From an uncultured Chloroflexia bacterium (lineage in GTDB: Bacteria; Chloroflexota; Limnocylindria; Limnocylindrales; CSP1-4), in assembly GCA_963707215.1 (NCBI GenBank), contig CAVPPB010000003.1, positions 256,001 through 320,000 of the forward strand: a stretch of 64,000 bases of DNA. The letters run 5' to 3'. Positions within the stretch are counted from its first letter, which is position 1. Each line of letters opens with the position of its first letter. Positions 56,915 to 64,000 of the stretch are shown in pieces. Made by a program: the position numbers and the translations under genes. The notes beneath the pieces are model-generated. The model was not told the DNA's origin. It saw nothing but the letters and a program-made list of their open reading frames with translations, and made no database searches.

Positions 56915-57922
56915 TCAGTCGATCGGCGGCGAGGTGGTCCGCCGGACTACCAGGTGGCTCGGCTGGACCTCGCGCAGCGGGCCGACGGGCTCACCGTCGA
57001 TGATCGAGATCAGTCGCTGGGCCGCCCGGACGCCGGTCTCGAAGAGTGGCTGGTGCACGGTCGTCAGACCGACGTGGTCGGCGACCTCGATGTCGTCGTA
57101 CCCGGTCACCGACAGGTTGCCGGGGACCTCCAGGCCGAGGCCGCGGGCCGCCTCGATCACACCGAGCGCCTGGGTATCGCTCGCGCAGGCGATGGCAGTC
57201 GGCGGCAGCGGCGAAGTGAGCAGTCGGCGGCCCAGCTCCGCGGCCCGACGGCGAGTGTGGTCGCCGGCAGCGACCAGGATGTTGGGCAGCGACACGCCGT
57301 CCTCTGCGAGCCCCCTGCGAAACCCAGCCAGCCGAAGCCGGCTCGACGAGAAGCCCAGCGGGTGGCGGACGGGGTCGCCGACCCAGCCGAGACGACGGTG
57401 GCCCAGGCTCAGGAGGTGCTCGGCGACCAGCTGCCCCCCGGCGACGTCGTCGACGACGACCCGGGGCAGCTGCCGGTGGTGCGCATCCACGAGGACGGTC
57501 GGGATGCCCGACCCGACGATGCGCCGGATCTCCGGGTCGGGTGGCGACAGCGAGACGACGAGGAGTCCGTCGACCCGCTCGCGGCGGGCGAGGCCGCTGA
57601 ACAGGGCGGCCCGCCGCTCCTCGGTCTCGACGTTGAGGACGATCATGTCGTAGCCGGCCCGGACCAGCGCCCACTCGATCCCGCGAAGACGCTCCACGGC
57701 GGCCGGTCGGGTCATGTATGGGACGACGACGCCGATGGTCAGCGTGCGTCGCAGCGAGAGTCGCTGGGCGGTGGGGCTGGGGACGTAGTCGAGCTCGGCG
57801 ATGGCGGCGAGCACGCGAGCCCGAGTCTCCGGGTCGACGTTCGGCCGGTCGTTGAGGACCCGGCTGACCGTCCCCTTCCCCACCCCGGCACGACGAGCGA
57901 CATCGGCGATGGTGACGCCCAT
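56915..57922 (-). CDS. LacI family transcriptional regulator
   Basis: TIADVARRAGVGKGTVSRVLN, SVTGYDD, LTTVHQP. Confidence 0.95.
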   Translation of the reverse strand: MGVTIADVARRAGVGKGTVSRVLNDRPNVDPETRARVLAAIAELDYVPSPTAQRLSLRRTLTIGVVVPYMTRPAAVERLRGIEWALVRAGYDMIVLNVETEERRAALFSGLARRERVDGLLVVSLSPPDPEIRRIVGSGIPTVLVDAHHRQLPRVVVDDVAGGQLVAEHLLSLGHRRLGWVGDPVRHPLGFSSSRLRLAGFRRGLAEDGVSLPNILVAAGDHTRRRAAELGRRLLTSPLPPTAIACASDTQALGVIEAARGLGLEVPGNLSVTGYDDIEVADHVGLTTVHQPLFETGVRAAQRLISIIDGEPVGPLREVQPSHLVVRRTTSPPID

Positions 57923-58010
57923 GGCGAGACTCCCTCGGGCTGGGCTGGGTGGGCTTGGGCCTACCAGTCTACCGGCGGGGGTCCACCCCGGCCGGCGCTC
58001 GTTCCGGGTC

Positions 58011-60751
58011 TCACGACTCGCCGAGCCGCTCTCGGATGCGGCCGACCTGCTCGACCAGCTCGGCCTCGAGGGCCCGGGCCCCCTCCACGACGGCCGGCGG
58101 GGCCTTGCCGACGAAGCCGGGGTTCGCGAGGCGGGCTCGGACCCCAGCGAGCCTTTGCTCGAGGTCGGTCAGGTCCCGCAGCAGGCGCTCCCGCTCAAGA
58201 GCGACGGCTCCGGGATCCGCCGCCGGTCGGCCGAGTACCGCCTCGACCGGACCCGCGAGCACGGTCAGCCCCCCGGACGCCCGGGCCGCGTCGAGCTCCC
58301 CGGCGGTGAGGCGCCGATGGATCGGCCGCACGCGAGCGAGACGCTCGATCGCGGGCCGGAGCACCTCGAAGGTGGACCCGAGCTCGCCAGGCACGTGGAC
58401 ATCGAGCGGCAGGCGCGTCGACGGCTCGAGCCGGGCCTCGGCCCGGGCGTTGCGGATCCCGGTGACAAGCTCGATGATCGTCCCGACCTCGGCCTCGGCA
58501 ACCGGGTCGCGGGTGCCCCGGGCGGGCCAGCGGGCGACCACCAGCAGACCCGGGTCGCTCGCCCGGTGCGGCAGCTGGCCCCAGATCGCCTCGGTCACGA
58601 ACGGCATGACCGGATGGAGCAGCCGCAGGTACGCGTCGAGCACCTCGACGAGCGTCCACCAGGTCGCCTCGCGGTCCGCGTCGGGCACGGCTCCATCCGC
58701 GAGGCGAACCTTGGCGAGCTCCAGGTACCAGTCGCAGTACTCGCTCCAGATCGCCTCGTAGAGGTCCCGGGTCACCTCGCCGAACGCATGGTCGGCCAGA
58801 TGCCCGTCGACCGCACCCGTGGCAGCGGCGAGACGGGACAGGATCCAGCGCTCGGCAGGGCCCAGGTGCTCGCGTCCGGGGAGGTGCCGCTCGGCGCTCG
58901 ACCGGGATGGTCTCGGGTCGGGCCCCCAGGACGAAGCGAGAGGCGTTCCAGAGCTTGTTCGCGAAGTTGCGCGCGTTCTCGAGCTTGGCCGGCCCGAGCC
59001 GCGTGTCGGCCCCGGGAGCGGTCCCGTGGATGAGAGCGAAGCGAAGGGCGTCCGCCCCGTACTCGTCGATCGTCTCGAGCGGGTCGACGACGTTGCCCTT
59101 CGTCTTCGACATCTTCTGGCCGTAGGGGTCGCGGACCAGGCCGGAGAGGTAGATGACCTCGAACGGGGCCTCGCCGGTCAGCTGGATGCCGAGCATCATC
59201 ATCCGGGCGACCCAGAAGAAGATGATGTCGTAGGCGGTCTCCATGACGGTGCCCGGGTGGTAGCGGGCGAGGTCGTCGGTCGGCTCCGGCCAGCCGAGGG
59301 TGGAGAACGGCCACAGCCCCGAGCTGTACCACGTGTCGAAGATGTCGGGATCCTGGGTCAGCTCCGTCGCCGGCCGGCCGCAGGCCTCGCAGGCGCCCGG
59401 ACCGGTCGGCTCGGCGGACACCGTGACGTGCCCGTCCGGGCAGTACCAGGCGGGGATGCGGTGCCCCCACCAGAGCTGACGGCTGACGTTCCAGTCGCGG
59501 ATGTTCGTCAGCCAGTGCTCCCAGACCTTGACGAAGCGCTCCGGCAGGATCCGGGTGCGGCCGGTCCTGGTCGGCATGGAGGGCGGCCTCGGCCAGCGGG
59601 CCCGTCCGGACGAACCACTGGGTCCGGGGGAGCGGCTCGATGATGTCGTTGCTGCGCTGGCAGCGACCGATCAGCATCTCGTGGGGCCTGGCCCCGGCCA
59701 GGTCACCGCGCTCTTCCAGGTCGCGCAGGATGGCCGTCCGGGCCTGCGCCCGGTCCATCCCCGCGTACGGGCCGCCGGCGGCGTTGACCGACCCGTCGTC
59801 GGCGAGCACAGCGATCATCGGCAGGTCGTGCCGGCGGCCGGTCTCGTAGTCGTCCTGGTCGTGGGCCGGGGTGATCTTCACCGCGCCCGTCCCGAACTCC
59901 CGGTCGACGACCTCGTCGGCGATGATCGGGACGTCGCGGTCGACGAAGGGGATGCGCACCAGCCGCCCGACGAGGGCCCGGTACCGTTCGTCGCCCGGGT
60001 GGACGGCGACCGCAGTGTCGCCGAGGATCGTCTCGGGCCGGGTGGTGGCGACGGTGATCGTCTCGTCCGGCGAGACCTCGCCGGTCTCGTCGACGAGGTG
60101 GTAGCGGACCGACCAGAGGGTCCCCTCCTCCGGGGTCGGGATGACCTCGAGGTCCGAGACGCTGGTCAGGCAGCCGGGACACCAGTTGACCAGGGCCTCC
60201 GTCCGGTAGGCGAGGCCGTCTCGGTACAGGCGGACGAACGACTCGCGGACCGCGCGGGCCGAGACCTCGTCCATCGTGAAGCGGAGGCGGCTCCAGTCCA
60301 GGCTGGCGCCGACCCGTCGCTGCTGGGCCAGCATCACCGGCCGGGTCCGGTCGACGAACTCACGCATCCGCTCGAGGTAGCGCTTGCGGCCGAGCGACTC
60401 GCGGCTCTCGCCCTCCGCCGCAAGCTGCTTGTCCAGGACGAATTGGGCGGCGATCGACGCATGGTCCAAACCCGGCAGGAAGAGCGCTGGGCGCCCGAGC
60501 ATCCGAGCGTGCCGGGTCATGAGGTCCTCGACCGCCGACCGCTGGGCGTGACCGAGGTGGAGCGAGCCGGTCACGTTCGGCGGCGGCTGGATGATGACGA
60601 ACGGAGGCAGCGCCGGGTCGGCCGTGGAGCCCGCCCCGTCCGGAGCGAAGACGTCGGCCGCCAGCCAGCGCTCGTAGATGGGCCCCTCGACCTCGGCCGG
60701 CCGATACGCCTTGGGGAGGCCGCCCGGCGTGTCGCCCGCTCGATCCATCAT
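58011..60751 (-). CDS. valS: Valine-tRNA ligase, with at least two apparent frameshifts (near 59580 and 58875)
   Basis: PPPNVTGSLHLGH, ATTRPET, GTGAVKITPAHD, DWNVSRQLWWGHRIP, DIIFFWVARM, KMSKTKGNVVDP, YCDWYLE and the C-terminal coiled coil are spread over three ORFs. Confidence 0.93.
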
Positions 60752-60821
60752 CCCTCGCTCCTCGCTCGCCGGCCACCTCACCGTCCGGCCGCATCGGCCG
60801 GGACACCCTGCGGCGCCGGAC

Positions 60822-61062
60822 GATGAAACGCCCCGTCCGCCCAGCTGGACGAACGGGGTCGTGGTACCACCTGCTGGTTCGGCTGCCGGGGTCGGGCGCT
60901 CATCACGCCCCACCGCCTCCGGAGCCCTCTCGACGCGCTACCGGGCGTCACCCGTCACGGCTCGCGAGCGACCTTCACGTCGGCGGATCCGCGCGGCTCG
61001 CACCGTCCCGCGCTCGCTCCGGGGTCGTCCCGACGCTACTCCTCTCGGTCCTCGCCGTGAGG
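60822..61062 (-). ncRNA. T-box riboswitch leader of valS
   Basis: On the minus strand: T-box AGCAGGTGGTACCACG (about 60875-60860); overlapping hairpin ccccgttcgtcc-agct-gggcggacgggg-cgtttc; stem I with AGTA/GAG/GGTGCGA elements; candidate specifier GUG (Val) at 60978-60976; extended -10 TGcTACACT near 61070. Confidence 0.85.
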
Positions 61063-61112
61063 CGCGGAGTGTAGCACCCGCATCCGGGGCCGGGGCCCCC
61101 AGGGCGGTCGAG

Positions 61113-62423
<1,311 letters not shown>

Positions 62424-62438
62424 CGCGGCTCGCTTCCC

Positions 62439-63128
62439 CTAGCCGGCCGACCCGGGGTCGGCCTTGTCCGCCTTGTCGGCCTTCGACGACCGGCTCGGCT
62501 TCTCCGTGGTCTCGCCCTGCGCGTCGTGGTACTGCGCCGTGAGCGAGTCCCACTCGGCCGAGTAGACCTCGTCGATGATGCCATAGCCCTTGGCCTGCTC
62601 GGGCGACATGAAGTAGTCGCGGTCGGTGTCCTTGACGACCTTGTCGAGAGGCTGGCCGGTGTGGACTGCCAGGATCTCGTGGTTCCGCTGGACGAGGAAC
62701 TCCCACTCCTTCATCTGGATGAGCGCATCGGGCGCGGCTCCTCGGAAGCCGCCCGAGCCCTGGTGGATCATGATCCGGCTGTTGGGCAGCGCGTAGCGCT
62801 TGCCCTTCGTGCCGGCTGCCAGCAGGACGGCCGCCATCGACGCCGCCATGCCGATGCAGATCGTCGAGACAGGAGACCGGACGTATTGCATCGTGTCGTA
62901 GATCGCGAGGCCGCTGGTGACGACCCCGCCGGGCGAGTTGATGTAGAGGTAGATGTCCTTCTCCGGGTCCTCGGAGTCGAGGAACAGGAGCTGGGCGATG
63001 ATCAGGTTGGCGACGTGGTCCTCGATGGCGTCGCCCAGGAAGATGATCCGCTCCTTGAGCAGGCGGGAGTAGATGTCATAGGCGCGCTCCCCCCGGCTGG
63101 AGGACTCGATCACCATCGGTACGAGCAT
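62439..63128 (-). CDS. clpP: ATP-dependent Clp protease proteolytic subunit
   Basis: [37 protein letters not shown]. Confidence 0.97.
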   Translation of the reverse strand: MLVPMVIESSSRGERAYDIYSRLLKERIIFLGDAIEDHVANLIIAQLLFLDSEDPEKDIYLYINSPGGVVTSGLAIYDTMQYVRSPVSTICIGMAASMAAVLLAAGTKGKRYALPNSRIMIHQGSGGFRGAAPDALIQMKEWEFLVQRNHEILAVHTGQPLDKVVKDTDRDYFMSPEQAKGYGIIDEVYSAEWDSLTAQYHDAQGETTEKPSRSSKADKADKADPGSAG

Positions 63129-63163
63129 CTTGGCTCCTCTCGCGGTCGCTGTGCCGAGCCGCC

Positions 63164-64000
63164 TCAGCGGCTGGCGGCCGGCTCCGTCGCGTCCCCGGCG
63201 TCCTGCGCCGCGTCGTCTGACTGATCATCGTCGCTCGCCATCACCGACCCGGGGTCGGTCGCCCCGATCGAGGCCGAAGCCTGGACGGCGTCGGCGTCGA
63301 CGGGTGAGGCCTCGTCGTCGTCCTCCGCATGCGGCAGCGGCGGGTGCTCGGGGTGGGCGACCAGCCAGTCGTCGACGAGCCGCTCGACCATCCGACTCCG
63401 TCGCAGGGTGCTGCGGATGAAGTCGCGGCCGCGCTCCGACTCGAAGTAGCCGACGAGCTTGCGGTCGCTGGCGTACCGCTCACGGGCTCGCTCGACCTCG
63501 ACCTCGACGTCGGCGTCGGGCACCGTCAGCCCCTCGGCCTCGGCGATCCTGGTGATGACCATGAGCGTCTTGACCCGCTCCTCGGCCCGCGGTCGCCACT
63601 CGTCATGGAGGCGGCGGTCGACGTCCTCGGGGGTGGCCGGTCGCTTGCCCTCCGGCGCGGTCGGGTCGTCGGCGGTCTCGCCGGACGCGACGGCCGCGAC
63701 GTAGGCGTCGTAGGTAAGACCCTGGCGGGCGAGCGCGCTCCGGAATTCGTCGTGCATCACCTCGATCTCCTGGTCCACGAGCACGTCCGGCAGCTCGAGC
63801 GTCGCGTTGGCGACGGCGTACTCCACGATCCGGTCGGCGAAGGTATGGCGCGCCCGATCGAGGGCGTTCCGCTCCAGGCGCGCGCGAACCTCGGAGCGCA
63901 GCTCGTCAACGGTCGCGTACGGGCCGAGCGAGGAGGCGAAGCCGTCGTCCAGCTCGGGCTGGACCTTCTCCCGCAGCTCCTTCAGGACGATCTCGAAGTG
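63164..64000 (-). CDS. tig: Trigger factor, C-terminal part; 5' end lies outside the window
   Basis: [17 protein letters not shown]..., [18 protein letters not shown]; canonical tig-clpP-clpX order. Confidence 0.88.
   Translation of the reverse strand, partial: HFEIVLKELREKVQPELDDGFASSLGPYATVDELRSEVRARLERNALDRARHTFADRIVEYAVANATLELPDVLVDQEIEVMHDEFRSALARQGLTYDAYVAAVASGETADDPTAPEGKRPATPEDVDRRLHDEWRPRAEERVKTLMVITRIAEAEGLTVPDADVEVEVERARERYASDRKLVGYFESERGRDFIRSTLRRSRMVERLVDDWLVAHPEHPPLPHAEDDDEASPVDADAVQASASIGATDPGSVMASDDDQSDDAAQDAGDATEPAASR

Noticed and set aside
58011-60751. valS as a pseudogene or programmed frameshift
   Set aside because: It is an essential gene with intact motifs and leader, shows no obvious slippery sites, and neighbouring genes have similar indels; sequencing error is more parsimonious.

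Overview
This is a very GC-rich, gene-dense bacterial chromosome segment with about 55 CDS. I saw no rRNA, tRNA, CRISPR array, integrase or transposase. Gene content, a Gram-positive-type LexA box, a T-box on valS and many leaderless promoters suggest a monoderm organism, most plausibly Chloroflexota (inference). In order along the window: xylA (partial) with a ROK/XylR-type operator; a beta-PGM-OtsB fusion plus a GH65 phosphorylase; a P1 peptidase; an ftsB-like gene divergent from a LexA-boxed MrfAB-like helicase-exonuclease pair; pfkB; a cpaE-like-murI-zincin-dehydrogenase-ychF run; agmatinase; a solo UvrD-PD-(D/E)XK helicase-nuclease; rarA; a DinB-family gene; ppk2; a vapBC toxin-antitoxin pair; a putative alternative serine operon; moxR-DUF58-transglutaminase; a glycogen debranching enzyme; fhaA-fhaB-rodA-pbpA; an uncharacterised zinc-ribbon/HTH cluster; a LacI-controlled alpha-glucoside ABC transporter with amylosucrase; valS; and clpX-clpP-tig (partial). 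Several genes between about 50.7 and 59.6 kb, including the essential valS, carry indels that are most likely sequencing or assembly errors. The best novelty candidates are the 47.4-51.2 kb zinc-ribbon/HTH cluster (its HTH ends in a QxxLF beta-clamp-like motif), the orphan CpaE-like ATPase heading murI, a hyper-acidic 118-aa protein and a probable ATC start codon. All product calls come from recognising motifs by eye; no database searches were run.
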